Source: an uncultured Chthonomonadaceae bacterium (GTDB lineage Bacteria > Armatimonadota > Chthonomonadetes > Chthonomonadales > Chthonomonadaceae). From it: a DNA stretch of 64,000 nucleotides. Below, piece after piece: positions 43,563 to 53,146 of this stretch. Both the position numbers and the translations under genes were made by a program. The stretch is taken from positions 128,001 to 192,000 of the forward strand of contig CAWIEK010000053.1 of assembly GCA_963835065.1 (NCBI GenBank), given 5' to 3'. The notes beneath the pieces were generated by a model, which saw only the letters and a program-made list of their open reading frames with translations, was not told the origin of the DNA and searched no databases. Every line of letters begins with the position of its first letter. Within the stretch, counting starts at the first letter, position 1.

Positions 43563-44240
43563 TCAACCTTCTCCCGGCAGTCGCAGCGTATAGCCCACGC
43601 CATGCACCGTTTGTATCAGTTTCACGGCATGGCTGGCGTCTATTTTCTTACGCAACGTTCCGATGTAAACGTTGACCGTGTTTTCTACCGCGTCTTCATT
43701 CATCCAGATACGCTCCTGAATGGCTTCGCGGGTCAGCACTTTGCCCTCGTTCGCGGCCAGCGCGGCCAGCAGTTCAAACTCCCGATTGCTCAGGCCGATT
43801 TCAACCCCGGCGCGCGTCACGCGGCGCTGCGCCACATCTACCGCCAAATCTCCGACCTTAATCACGCGCGTTCGGTTCACCTTGTCCCGGCGCATCAGTG
43901 CCCGTACCCGCGCCATCAACTCCTGAAAATCGAACGGCTTGGGCAGATAATCGTCGGCTCCCATATCCAGTCCGCGCACCTTGTCTTTCACCGTGTCGCG
44001 GGCCGTCAGCATCAGGATCGGAACGCGATTGCGCTGCGCCCGCAGTTCCTCGCAAACGCTGAACCCGTCCCGGCGCGGCAGCATTATGTCCAGCACGATG
44101 AGATGGTACGTCGAATCCTGCGCCATCTCCAGCCCCGTCTGACCGTCGCGGGCCACATCCACCGCATAGCCCGCTTCTTCCAGTCCCTCGCGTATCATTT
44201 CGGAAATTCCGATTTCATCCTCGACTAAGAGTACCCGCAT
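43563..44240 (-). CDS. OmpR/PhoB family response regulator
   Basis: MRVLLVEDE, LDIMLP, GADDYLPKPF, IQTVHGVGY. Confidence 0.94.
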   Translation of the reverse strand: MRVLLVEDEIGISEMIREGLEEAGYAVDVARDGQTGLEMAQDSTYHLIVLDIMLPRRDGFSVCEELRAQRNRVPILMLTARDTVKDKVRGLDMGADDYLPKPFDFQELMARVRALMRRDKVNRTRVIKVGDLAVDVAQRRVTRAGVEIGLSNREFELLAALAANEGKVLTREAIQERIWMNEDAVENTVNVYIGTLRKKIDASHAVKLIQTVHGVGYTLRLPGEG

Positions 44241-44341
44241 TTGTCTTACCTCCGCGCTTTCATTACCCGGATGCCAATCCTGGAGAATGGCTTGTCTATC
44301 CAGGTCCCTGTCCAGGTCTCTATTCAATGTACGACACAAAC

Positions 44342-44431
44342 ATAAAAAGAAGATAAACGCGGCAGACGAGGCAAAAGAAATTTTGTTATCGAAATTTTCG
44401 GCGGCGGGCGCGTTTTTTATGAAATTTTTAT
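44342..44431. promoter_or_regulatory. Putative OmpR-type direct-repeat boxes TTTTTAT-N4-TTTTTAT
   Basis: Exact on + at 44414-44431; two-mismatch copy on - at 44342-44359. Confidence 0.5.
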
Positions 44432-44632
44432 AATTTTTTGGTACGGAGTATATTCACCGCTTCATTGTTTGTCCGCCCTCATGACGGGGCTGCCCCTGCC
44501 GGCTTTGTTGTTTGCAGCAGTAAACGCAACTCAGGCGCAAGCCACGCCTTTCCGCGTGTCCTGAATCAGTGTGTTTTCCTGATAAAGACCTCGTGAAGAA
44601 ACGGCTTTGCCTGCTCTCCGGGAGACTGTACC

Positions 44633-46078
44633 ATGAAATCGTGGAAACCGATCCACACCGTCACGCTGGGGTCATGCGCCCTGGCGCTCGCCACCCTTGC
44701 CGTGCCGACCACCACGCATAGTCAAAAAGCGGGAACACCTTCCAACTTCCTGGACTCGCTCAATGGGGAGGGCGTTTCCCGAACGCTTACCACGTATCCC
44801 ACTTTTGACCTGAACAATCCCTTCTTCAAGCCGTTGGGCATCAATGGCAGAACCTGCGCGACGTGCCATCCCATCAGCCAGGGAATGATCATCACGCCCG
44901 ATTACGCTGCGCAGGTTTTCCTCGCAACGCAGGGACTGGATCCTCTCTTCGCCCCCATAGACGGCGCGAATTCGCCCAAGTCGGACATGTCCACGTTCGC
45001 GGCGCGTCAGGCGAGTTGCAGCATGCTGCTGTCCAGAGGAGTGTTTCGCATCGGTATTCCCATGCTTCCCAACGCAGAGTTCACGCTGCAAGCCGTAGAC
45101 GATCCCTATGGCTACGCCAACCCGCAGGACGTCTCGTGTTTTCGTCGCCCGATGCCTGCTACGAATTTGCGCTTCCTGTCTACGGTGATGTGGGACGGAC
45201 GCGAACTGCAGGGACAGAAGAACATTCTCAGCGCGCTGGCGCAGCAGGCGCGGGACGCTGTTAAGGGGCACATGCAGGCGACTGCGCCGCCAAGCGCCGC
45301 GCTGGTGGCTAAGATTGTAGATTTCGAGACCAATTTGTATACGGCGCAAATTTACGACAACAGCGTAGGGAACCTTAACGCGCGCCAGATCGGAGCGGGA
45401 CCCGTCAACTTGATTGACCTGCCGTTCTTTGCGGGCATCAACGACGCCTTCGGCCTGGCTCAGAAACGGTACCCGTTCGATCCGAACGTGTTTACCTTCT
45501 ATGAGGATTGGCTGCCCCACTCGTCACAGCAGTCCGGCAGACAGTCATCCGGCAGGCAGGATTCGCAAGGGCATCACTCTCCCGATCAGCCTGCGTCAAC
45601 GCCGGCAGAGCAATCCGTCGCGCGGGGCGAGCGCCTGTTCAACACACGGCAGTTTACCATCAGCGGCGTGGCCGGGCTGAATGATGTCGTGGGCAAAACG
45701 GCCATCAAGGGAACCTGCTCTTCCTGCCACAGCAACCCGGAAGTCGGCAGCAACGCCCTGCCTCTGCTGCTGAACACGGGCATTGCGGATGGCGCGCTGC
45801 GCGCGCCGGACTTGCCCCTGTATACGCTGCGCAACAAGAAAACGGGCGCGACGCTGCAAACCACCGATCCCGGCGCGGCCATGACCACCGGGAAATGGAA
45901 TGACATCGGCAAGTTCAAAGTGCCGAGCCTGCGCGGGCTGGAAACCCACTCTCCTTACATGCACAACGGGTTTTCCGGCGACCTGCTCGACATTCTGGAC
46001 TTCTACGACAACCGTTTCCAGATCGGCCTGTCGGATCAGGACAAAGCCGACCTGCGCGCGTTTCTGGTTACGCTGTAA
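44633..46078 (+). CDS. Di-heme cytochrome c peroxidase-like protein
   Basis: Signal peptide, NGRTCATCH, MWDGR, CSSCH, FKVPSLRGL, PYMHNG. Confidence 0.85.
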   Translation: MKSWKPIHTVTLGSCALALATLAVPTTTHSQKAGTPSNFLDSLNGEGVSRTLTTYPTFDLNNPFFKPLGINGRTCATCHPISQGMIITPDYAAQVFLATQGLDPLFAPIDGANSPKSDMSTFAARQASCSMLLSRGVFRIGIPMLPNAEFTLQAVDDPYGYANPQDVSCFRRPMPATNLRFLSTVMWDGRELQGQKNILSALAQQARDAVKGHMQATAPPSAALVAKIVDFETNLYTAQIYDNSVGNLNARQIGAGPVNLIDLPFFAGINDAFGLAQKRYPFDPNVFTFYEDWLPHSSQQSGRQSSGRQDSQGHHSPDQPASTPAEQSVARGERLFNTRQFTISGVAGLNDVVGKTAIKGTCSSCHSNPEVGSNALPLLLNTGIADGALRAPDLPLYTLRNKKTGATLQTTDPGAAMTTGKWNDIGKFKVPSLRGLETHSPYMHNGFSGDLLDILDFYDNRFQIGLSDQDKADLRAFLVTL

Positions 46079-46211
46079 TCCGTCTTCTGCGCCAAAGCGT
46101 AAATAGTATCGAACTACGGATGAATTTGACAGGCGTCCATAAGAATGTGATCCTTATGGCCGCTTGTTTATTGTGGAGAATATTCGACAAATTTTTGCCA
46201 GTATGCCAGTC

Positions 46212-46229
46212 TTTTTATCTGGTTTTTAT
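46212..46229 (+). promoter_or_regulatory. TTTTTAT-N4-TTTTTAT box upstream of the PEP-CTERM/dioxygenase genes
   Basis: tttttat-ctgg-tttttat. Confidence 0.5.
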
Positions 46230-46449
46230 ATACTGCGCTTATACTGTTCCTATCGGCAGCCAAGTCAGCCTCAGCCTGCTCGTTTCAAATTCGCGTTTGT
46301 TCCCCTGCGGGTTCTCAAACAAACAACTTTTCAGCAGGCGACATGGGGGAGTGGCTGACCGGCGCATGTCTATGAATTCTATGGATGCTGTTGCGTTTAC
46401 TTCTGCAATGGCACTCCCGGCAACGTGAATGAGGAAAGGAAAACCACTC

Positions 46450-47115
46450 GTGATCCAACATCGGCACTGCCACCGACGCTTGGGGCCGGCAGGCTTGTTT
46501 CTGGCCGCTCTGCTCGGCGCGGCAGCCCTGCCTGCCCAGGCGCAAACCATCCTGTCCAGCAACCTGTCCAGTCCTTCGGGGGGCGTTGACACGGCGACGG
46601 GAACCAACTGGCTGTCGGTCAGTTTCAATACGAACGCTTCGGCTTATACGCTCAACAACGTCACGCTCCTGCTGGCAAATTCCAGTGCGGGCGCGGGAAC
46701 GGCGGAAGTGGACATTTACACGGACGGCGGATTGCAGCCGGGAACGCTGCTCGGCGCGCTCACTTCTCCCGGCAGCATTTCCACCACACTGGCGGATACG
46801 ACATTTACTACGAGCGGCCTGTCCCTGGCAGCCAATTCTACCTATTGGACGGTTCTCAAAGCGAACACCGGCTCGTTTAATTTGTCATTTGCGAATGACG
46901 ACGCGAGTACGGGCAGTGGGTTCACGGATACCTATGGAAACAGCGCGGACGCCGGCGCTACGTGGTTTACCTTCACTGGCTTTCCCTACCAGATGAGCGT
47001 GACGGCAACAGCGGCGGTTCCCGAACCCGGCACAATCGCGTTGCTGGCAAGCGGAAGTCTGTTCGGCACGGGTTTGCTGCTGCGCTGCCGGGCGCGTTCC
47101 AGGCGAAGCAAGTAA
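46450..47115 (+). CDS. PEP-CTERM protein (choice-of-anchor R-like)
   Basis: Signal peptide, Ser/Thr-rich beta domain with LAANSTYWTVL, VPEPG + TM + basic tail. Confidence 0.85.
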   Translation: MIQHRHCHRRLGPAGLFLAALLGAAALPAQAQTILSSNLSSPSGGVDTATGTNWLSVSFNTNASAYTLNNVTLLLANSSAGAGTAEVDIYTDGGLQPGTLLGALTSPGSISTTLADTTFTTSGLSLAANSTYWTVLKANTGSFNLSFANDDASTGSGFTDTYGNSADAGATWFTFTGFPYQMSVTATAAVPEPGTIALLASGSLFGTGLLLRCRARSRRSK

Positions 47116-47168
47116 GCGATAAAATTCTACGCTGCGCCTGTGAAAGCGCAGGAGGAAAGGATAGAAGA

Positions 47169-48071
47169 ATGACGAGCGAAAACAATTCATTGCCCGTTGT
47201 CGGGCGGCGGCAAATGCTGCTGATGGGCGCGACCGGCATGATGACGCTGGTGGGGCTGTTCGGCAAAAGCGAACGCCAGGTGTTTGCGCAGAACTCGGTT
47301 GTGTCCACGCCCAACCTGGAAGAAGGTCCCTACTGGGTGGATGAGACAGGCACGGCGTTTCATCGTTCCGATGTGCGCGCCAACCTGGACGGCAGCAATG
47401 TGCAGATCGGATTGCCGCTGCATCTCGGCCTGACCGTCGCGCAGGTGGTGAATGGCGTTGTGACTCCCATGCCCAATGCCTACGTCTACATCTGGAGCTG
47501 CAACGCGCTGGGCGTGTACTCGGATGAAGCGGCGGAGAATTCGGCCAGCGACACGTATCTGCGCGGCTATCAGGTGACGAACGCGCACGGCAACGCGCAG
47601 TTTACCACGCTGTATTCCGGCTGGTACAGCGGACGGACGCCGCACATCCACATTCGGGTTCGGCTCTATGGCAACGGCACAAGCGCCACGCCCACCTACG
47701 ACTTCGAGACGCAGTTGTTCTACGATCCGGCGCTCACCAATGAAGTCTTCCATCGCGTCTACCCGTATACCACGCGCCCCATTTCTGACACGATCAACAG
47801 CACGGATCGGGTTTATACGGGCGGGTCGGAGGATGCCGATGGCGTGACCGCCAACGCGGGCGTATTGACGACCATCACAGCGGCGGATGATATGGCTTAC
47901 GCGGTCGGTTCCTTCCGCCTGATCCTCAACACGTCCCTTGCGGAAACAACCGGGAACGGCGGCGCAGGCGGCACAGGTGGTCCCGGTGGCGGCGGACCTG
48001 GTGGCGGGCCGGGTGGTGGCGGCGGTGGCACGGGCGGCGGCATGGGGGGTCCCCCGCCTCCCGGCCCGTAG
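47169..48071 (+). CDS. Tat-exported intradiol dioxygenase-like protein with Gly/Pro tail
   Basis: GRRQMLL, EGPYWV, LRGYQVT, GWYSGRTPHIH. Confidence 0.85.
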   Translation: MTSENNSLPVVGRRQMLLMGATGMMTLVGLFGKSERQVFAQNSVVSTPNLEEGPYWVDETGTAFHRSDVRANLDGSNVQIGLPLHLGLTVAQVVNGVVTPMPNAYVYIWSCNALGVYSDEAAENSASDTYLRGYQVTNAHGNAQFTTLYSGWYSGRTPHIHIRVRLYGNGTSATPTYDFETQLFYDPALTNEVFHRVYPYTTRPISDTINSTDRVYTGGSEDADGVTANAGVLTTITAADDMAYAVGSFRLILNTSLAETTGNGGAGGTGGPGGGGPGGGPGGGGGGTGGGMGGPPPPGP

Positions 48072-48224
48072 CCCACGAGACCGAGTTACAAAACAAAGAC
48101 AAGTGTTACGCTCCCATTTCGCAGGCTGGCAGGCGACAACAATGGTTTCTCGCCTGCTTACCTGCTATAGCACAGAGTTTAACAGACGCCCAGATGAAAA
48201 TTTGACTTCAGGAGATTGCCCTAT

Positions 48225-49148
48225 ATGAACCACGAAACCAACCACGAGACGGACAATGAAGTACACAATGATGACATGCCTGTAGGCCGTATTCTCAATC
48301 GGCGCGAACTGCTTGCGCTTGTGGGCGCGGCGGGCATCGTCACCCTTGTCGGCTGCGGCGGCGGTTCCAGCACGACAAGCACAACCGGCGCGACGGGAAC
48401 CACCAGTACAACTACGTCCGGCGTGACCTCGACGGGCGCGGCCAGCGAAACCGGTTCCGGCGGCACAACCACCACTTCGGGCGGTTCGGGAACCACGTCA
48501 AGCGGCAGCATGAATGTCGTAGTAACCCCGGCAGTGACGGAAGGCCCGTTCTTTGTGGACGAAAACCTCAACCGCTCCAACCTGGTAACGGGCACAACCC
48601 GCGCCAGCGTGATCAACGGCCTACCCCTGATCCTCAACGTTAGCGCGTATACCATCAGCAACAGCGTGGCAACGCCGCTCAGTGGAGCGCATATAGACAT
48701 CTGGCACGCGGACGCGATTGGAACCTATTCCGACGAATCCAACGGAGGCATACAAAGCGAGAACACGAAGGGGCAAACGTGGCTGCGCGGCTACCAGGTG
48801 ACGGATGCCAACGGCGCGGTGAGTGTCACAACGATCTACCCCGGCTGGTATCAGGGACGCGCCATACACATCCACTTCAAGGTACGCACTTACGACGCTT
48901 CCGGCAATAAAACTCACGAGTTCACATCGCAGTTTTTCATTGATGATACGCTCAGTGACACCGTGCTTGCCAACGCGCCCTACAACACGCGGGGAACGCG
49001 CCAGGTGCGCAACGCCAACGACAGCGTTTACAGCGCCAAAGAAACGGATGGAACCACTGTCGGCTCCCACCTGATGCTGACGCTTACAAAGAACTCTTCC
49101 GGCTCCGGTTACACCGGCGCGTTCAGCATTGGTTTGGTGTTGAGCTAA
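48225..49148 (+). CDS. Tat/lipoprotein intradiol dioxygenase-like protein
   Basis: LNRRELL...LVGC, EGPFFV, DIWHAD, YPGWYQGRAIHIH. Confidence 0.88.
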   Translation: MNHETNHETDNEVHNDDMPVGRILNRRELLALVGAAGIVTLVGCGGGSSTTSTTGATGTTSTTTSGVTSTGAASETGSGGTTTTSGGSGTTSSGSMNVVVTPAVTEGPFFVDENLNRSNLVTGTTRASVINGLPLILNVSAYTISNSVATPLSGAHIDIWHADAIGTYSDESNGGIQSENTKGQTWLRGYQVTDANGAVSVTTIYPGWYQGRAIHIHFKVRTYDASGNKTHEFTSQFFIDDTLSDTVLANAPYNTRGTRQVRNANDSVYSAKETDGTTVGSHLMLTLTKNSSGSGYTGAFSIGLVLS

Positions 49149-49239
49149 ACCTAATACCGTACAAATATGAACCCGGCGGGCACAACAGGTGATACTGTTG
49201 GCGAATTCTTCATGTCGGCATCGGTGTTGACCTAAAACC

Positions 49240-50577
49240 CTATTTCGGCTGACTGAGGGTGGGGTCGCTGAGAAAATCGGTTCGGTACTTACATGCCTGA
49301 ATAATTTCGCGCTCGTATTGCGTCGCGTCCTCCAATTTAGTTAAATTGTGGGCAGTCATTATTCGCGCCAGCACGTCCGGGAAGGGGGCAATCGTGCCCC
49401 GATTTACTTTGCGGTCAAAGAGGGTTGTCAGACCGGCCTCGGATTTCACCACGTCCGACACTTTGCCCGTCAGCGTTTGCCCGTTCACCACAACGGTTAC
49501 GGCATCGTCGGCGGGCCAGTAGTGGGATTTGGCGACTTTGATTTGCGCGATTTGAAAGGCTTCGCTGCGCCGCCCCGCTTTTTGCCAGATGGCCGTCAGC
49601 CGCTTGTCCGCTATCGTCGCTTGTACCGCGTCCGCGCCCGTCAGTTCCGCGCCCGTTGTGGGGTCTACCACGCACAAGATTCCCTCCGGGGTTATGTCCA
49701 CGCCGTACTGATGAAAGTCATGGGCGTATTGGGCGGGCTGATCGGTTTTTTCCTGCCGCAGCACTTCCAGCAGGGAGCCGTTGCCGTTTCGCGCCGTGAT
49801 AAACTGAATGAACCCAATGCTGACAAACCCCGTGTCATAGGTGTTGACGCTATCGAAGCCGCCTTCCAATTTCGACACGGCTCCCGCCACGCGCTGCTCC
49901 GAAGTATTAAGACCGGCTTTGCCGAACAAGGCGTTTAACTGCGCGTCCGGCAGTTTTTTCAGCGAATTGCCGCTGTCCATCACGCCCTGCGGGAACCGAT
50001 AATAGGCAAAGGACGGCGACCCGACGCGAACGTTATCGCGGTACATAAGCGTGTCGCCATCCTCAAACGCAACGCTGTACAGCATCGGCACAACCGCGTT
50101 GGCAAAGGGCGGCGGGCTGCCGACTGCGGCCAGCAGATCGTCGGGAATGGGGCCGGGCAGGGGCGGCGGCAGGGGGTGCAGGGTGTTGGGCGTGGGGGCG
50201 CTGCCTACATCCACCGCGCCGTTCGCCCGATCCGCCACGTCCTGCGCCTGCCAGCGGTCATACGCGAGTTTGGCGTCCACCCATTGCTTCCAGGTTGTAT
50301 TCACAGCAGCCGCGCTGGTCGGGGATTGCGTGGGCGGCGCTTTGCCCGCGCCAATGGCGTTCTGGTACTTCCCGAACCATAGCGAGCCGTCCGGCGTCAG
50401 GCGCACTTGCCACAGCCCGGTCTTCTTCACATCATCGGGAACCCGTATTTTATAGCGTCCCGGTTCGGTCCAATAGGAAACGATTTTTGCCCGTTCGCCC
50501 AGTGAGAAAACGCCCTGCGCCTGCGCCGCAATCGGGCTGATACACGCGGCCAGAGCCGCCAAAAGAAAACGCGCCAC
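49240..50577 (-). CDS. Secreted hypothetical protein with possible lysozyme-like C-terminal domain
   Basis: Signal peptide; EGGFDSVNTYDTGFVSIGFIQF. Confidence 0.6.
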   Translation of the reverse strand: MARFLLAALAACISPIAAQAQGVFSLGERAKIVSYWTEPGRYKIRVPDDVKKTGLWQVRLTPDGSLWFGKYQNAIGAGKAPPTQSPTSAAAVNTTWKQWVDAKLAYDRWQAQDVADRANGAVDVGSAPTPNTLHPLPPPLPGPIPDDLLAAVGSPPPFANAVVPMLYSVAFEDGDTLMYRDNVRVGSPSFAYYRFPQGVMDSGNSLKKLPDAQLNALFGKAGLNTSEQRVAGAVSKLEGGFDSVNTYDTGFVSIGFIQFITARNGNGSLLEVLRQEKTDQPAQYAHDFHQYGVDITPEGILCVVDPTTGAELTGADAVQATIADKRLTAIWQKAGRRSEAFQIAQIKVAKSHYWPADDAVTVVVNGQTLTGKVSDVVKSEAGLTTLFDRKVNRGTIAPFPDVLARIMTAHNLTKLEDATQYEREIIQACKYRTDFLSDPTLSQPK

Positions 50578-50600
50578 TTGTTTCTTTCCCTTCTAAATGC

Positions 50601-50724
50601 GGGTGTTGAGTGTTAGGTGTTGGGTGTTAGGCATACCTATGATGACAAGTCTGCTGGTTTGAATAAAAGTGGGCAAAGCGCCCTGCGAACCTCCCCAATA
50701 CCCAACACCTAACACCCAACACCC
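50601..50724. repeat. Heptamer (GGTGTTR) palindrome, 31-bp arms with 3 mismatches
   Basis: 50601-50631 versus 50694-50724. Confidence 0.8.
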
Positions 50725-50809
50725 TCCCCATATTTCACTGTCCGGGCGTTGGTTTCCTGCGATTGCGTATAATTTGGAGCGTATTTCAAATTCAGGGGTC
50801 GCTTCAAGG

Positions 50810-50913
50810 GTTTTGTGATCAATGCCTGGTGGAACTCCAGCACGCGGTGTTTCGGGTCCGCGCCCATCATCCACGCGGGGAGTTTTGTGATCAATGCCTG
50901 GTGGAACTCCAGC
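50810..50913. repeat. Two identical 32-bp direct repeats with a 40-bp spacer (mini-CRISPR-like or tandem RNA motif)
   Basis: gttttgtgatcaatgcctggtggaactccagc at 50810-50841 and 50882-50913. Confidence 0.85.
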
Positions 50914-51032
50914 GCCACTGCCCATCGGTCCTGAATATGCTGGAACTTTCTCGCCTGCTTGGCCGTCTCCGTGGAAAACCTCTTTGCTTGTTCCTTTGTG
51001 AAAGTAACAAGCCTTATGAACAGGACAAAATC

Positions 51033-51266
51033 ATGAAAACGCTTGTTGTGCGTCTTGCCTTCGTGACCCTCTTGCCTGGCGTGCTGAGTTTGCCCGCTGT
51101 CGCGCAAGACCCGCATGATCACCATCCTACGATAACCGCTGTGCATCGGTACGCAAAGCGGAAAACGACCCATGCGGCGCATGTCACCCGTGTCGCGGGG
51201 CAGCGCGTACGCCGCTGGCCGCATCGAAAAGCGCATAACGCGCGCGCCTGGCTCAACAAGCATTAG
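51033..51266 (+). CDS. Small secreted His/Arg-rich peptide
   Basis: RBS agga; signal peptide ending AVA; mature part QDPHDHH...RRWPHRKAHNARAWLNKH. Confidence 0.55.
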   Translation: MKTLVVRLAFVTLLPGVLSLPAVAQDPHDHHPTITAVHRYAKRKTTHAAHVTRVAGQRVRRWPHRKAHNARAWLNKH

Positions 51267-51426
51267 CCGCGTGACAACGGAGAGGCGCAGGAAGCCCGGT
51301 CTGCATCGCGGTGAAAGCAAAGCAAAATCAGCCACAGAACGCCATCAAGCGGTTCCTGTGGCTGATTTGTTTACACGGAATGGCGCAGGTAAGCATGAAC
51401 GCTTGCAAGAAGGGTGACTTCAGGAG

Positions 51427-52248
51427 TCAGGATTGGCGTGGGGCGCGTTTGGTTCTGGCGGGGGCGGCGCGGTAGCTCCAGGGCAGGGATGTGTTGTTTT
51501 TTTGCGCATCGCGCTCACGCCGGGAAGCGCGATGCAAACCCGGCAGGCTCCAGATCAGATTACATTGCAGCGATTTGAGATGCCGGCCGCCTTCCAGCGG
51601 CGTCTCGAACAAAACCTGAATGTAGCCGATGAACGGCAGGGTTTTCTCGAAGTAACGCGCGTCTTTCTTCACCAGCCAGCGGACTGCCGCTTCCTCGTCG
51701 CCTGTCTGCTCCGGCTGCGCCTTGTAAAACTGTTCAAGCAAGTCAAAGTAGGGCAGACGCTCCACGTCAGGAACGATCAACTGGCCTTGATAGGTGTGCG
51801 TCAGGGCGCTTTTGTCGGCGCGCTTGTCGCTCATAATGTTTTGCCAGGAGGACCAATGCGTCGTGTCCGGGCTGTAACGCGCGTACAGTCGTCCCAGGGA
51901 ATACGCGCCTATGTATTCAAAATCGGTGTTCAGGCTGGCATGAATGGTGACTGCCGATGTGGGCGTCCACGCAAAGCCCAGGGCAATCGGCTCTGTGGTC
52001 TGAAAACGGGTTCGGTTCAGCAGTCGGTTCGCCTCCGCATCATAGCCCAGCCCCTTTTCCGAAAACTTCAACGCTTCCGGGAAGGTTTCTACGCGCCCTT
52101 TCAGCGTGTCGGGGTGTGTAAAATCTAACACGAATTCCTCGCCCTGAATGATTTGCGCCCGCGCCCCTGCGCTCCACGCCACTCCCCACGCCAGCCACGC
52201 AAGGCAGAGCAATTTGTGTCGTAAGTTCTGTTGGTGGGTTCGCCGCAT
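51427..52248 (-). CDS. Secreted hypothetical protein
   Basis: RBS ggag, signal peptide ending ARA, open 273-aa frame. Confidence 0.6.
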   Translation of the reverse strand: MRRTHQQNLRHKLLCLAWLAWGVAWSAGARAQIIQGEEFVLDFTHPDTLKGRVETFPEALKFSEKGLGYDAEANRLLNRTRFQTTEPIALGFAWTPTSAVTIHASLNTDFEYIGAYSLGRLYARYSPDTTHWSSWQNIMSDKRADKSALTHTYQGQLIVPDVERLPYFDLLEQFYKAQPEQTGDEEAAVRWLVKKDARYFEKTLPFIGYIQVLFETPLEGGRHLKSLQCNLIWSLPGLHRASRRERDAQKNNTSLPWSYRAAPARTKRAPRQS

Positions 52249-52436
52249 AATGGCTCCTGTTCCGGCTGCGCCGCAGCGCAGCGTAAAATCGTGCCCTGAC
52301 GGGAACACGCTGCGCATTGGACGCCCCGCGCGCCCCTCGCGTTACATCCAAGCGCCGGGAAAACAGTGGCAAGCAAGGGATGAAAAGACAAGGATGAAGG
52401 ATGAAAGCGCCGGAAAAAGGGCATGTAGAAAAAGAG

Positions 52437-52579
52437 TATGTAGAGGCAGCGTCGAAATCTTGGCAATGCAGCGCTTCCAGCCCGCTGTCTCGTTGTGTCT
52501 GGTTGTAGGGGTGAGGCGTCGTGGCCTCCAAAGCGTCAGGGCGAACGGGAGGGGTGGGACATGGGCCTGTACCTCCTTT
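52437..52579 (-). ncRNA. Candidate sRNA or micro-peptide RNA, copy 2
   Basis: 140/143 identical to 16061-16203; 8-codon ORF 52562-52536. Confidence 0.5.
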
Positions 52580-52604
52580 GCTGCATAGTAGACACTTGTA
52601 CTGT

Positions 52605-52632
52605 TTAGACGGATGAGTGGAACAAAGGGTTC
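52605..52632 (-). promoter_or_regulatory. Putative ECF sigma promoter GAACC-N17-GTCTAA
   Basis: Same boxes and spacing as 16293-16320. Confidence 0.65.
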
Positions 52633-52887
52633 GCTTTTTTCGCGTGGTTTGGCTCTTTTTTCTATCTTTTTACGGGATTGTTTTTGAGGGAGGGTTGCTG
52701 TTGGCGCTGTAAGGGACTTTCCCCAAAATAAACGTTCCGCCTGACCGAGTCGTGAACGACCCATCTACAGGGCGTTCCGCCAGCCGGTCTGCGACCGGAA
52801 CACTTATTTTGAGAAAGTTCCTAACATCCCTGTGCCACGCCCGTATTCGATAGTTGAGAATTGCCAACGCAGGTGGAGGCCGAAAGC

Positions 52888-53117
52888 ATGAACGCGCATC
52901 GTATCGAAACTGTTCTGTCGGATGAGGGATCGTGACTTTGCGCGGCCTTCCTTTCAAATCAGGGACGGCATTGGAAATCATTATTCTCGAACGCGATACT
53001 GGAACAGAGAAGGACGCAGACGAGGCAGAGCATGTCGCCGAGTGGCTGAACGCCTCGAAGCGGTCACTGCAAGATGTATGGGTCAACGACGAGGATGCCG
53101 TTTATGACAACCTATAG
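52888..53117 (+). CDS. Antitoxin-like protein; frameshift near 52928
   Basis: RBS ggagg; MNAHRIETVLSDE/IVTLRGLPF...WVNDEDAVYDNL; overlaps a PemK/MazF-like start. Confidence 0.55.
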
Positions 53118-53146
53118 CCGAGGCGAGGTTATTTTGGTGACATTTC
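53104..53146 (+). pseudogene. Truncated PemK/MazF-family toxin (first 14 codons)
   Basis: MTTYSRGEVILVTF, then abrupt switch to opposite-strand methylase sequence. Confidence 0.55.
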
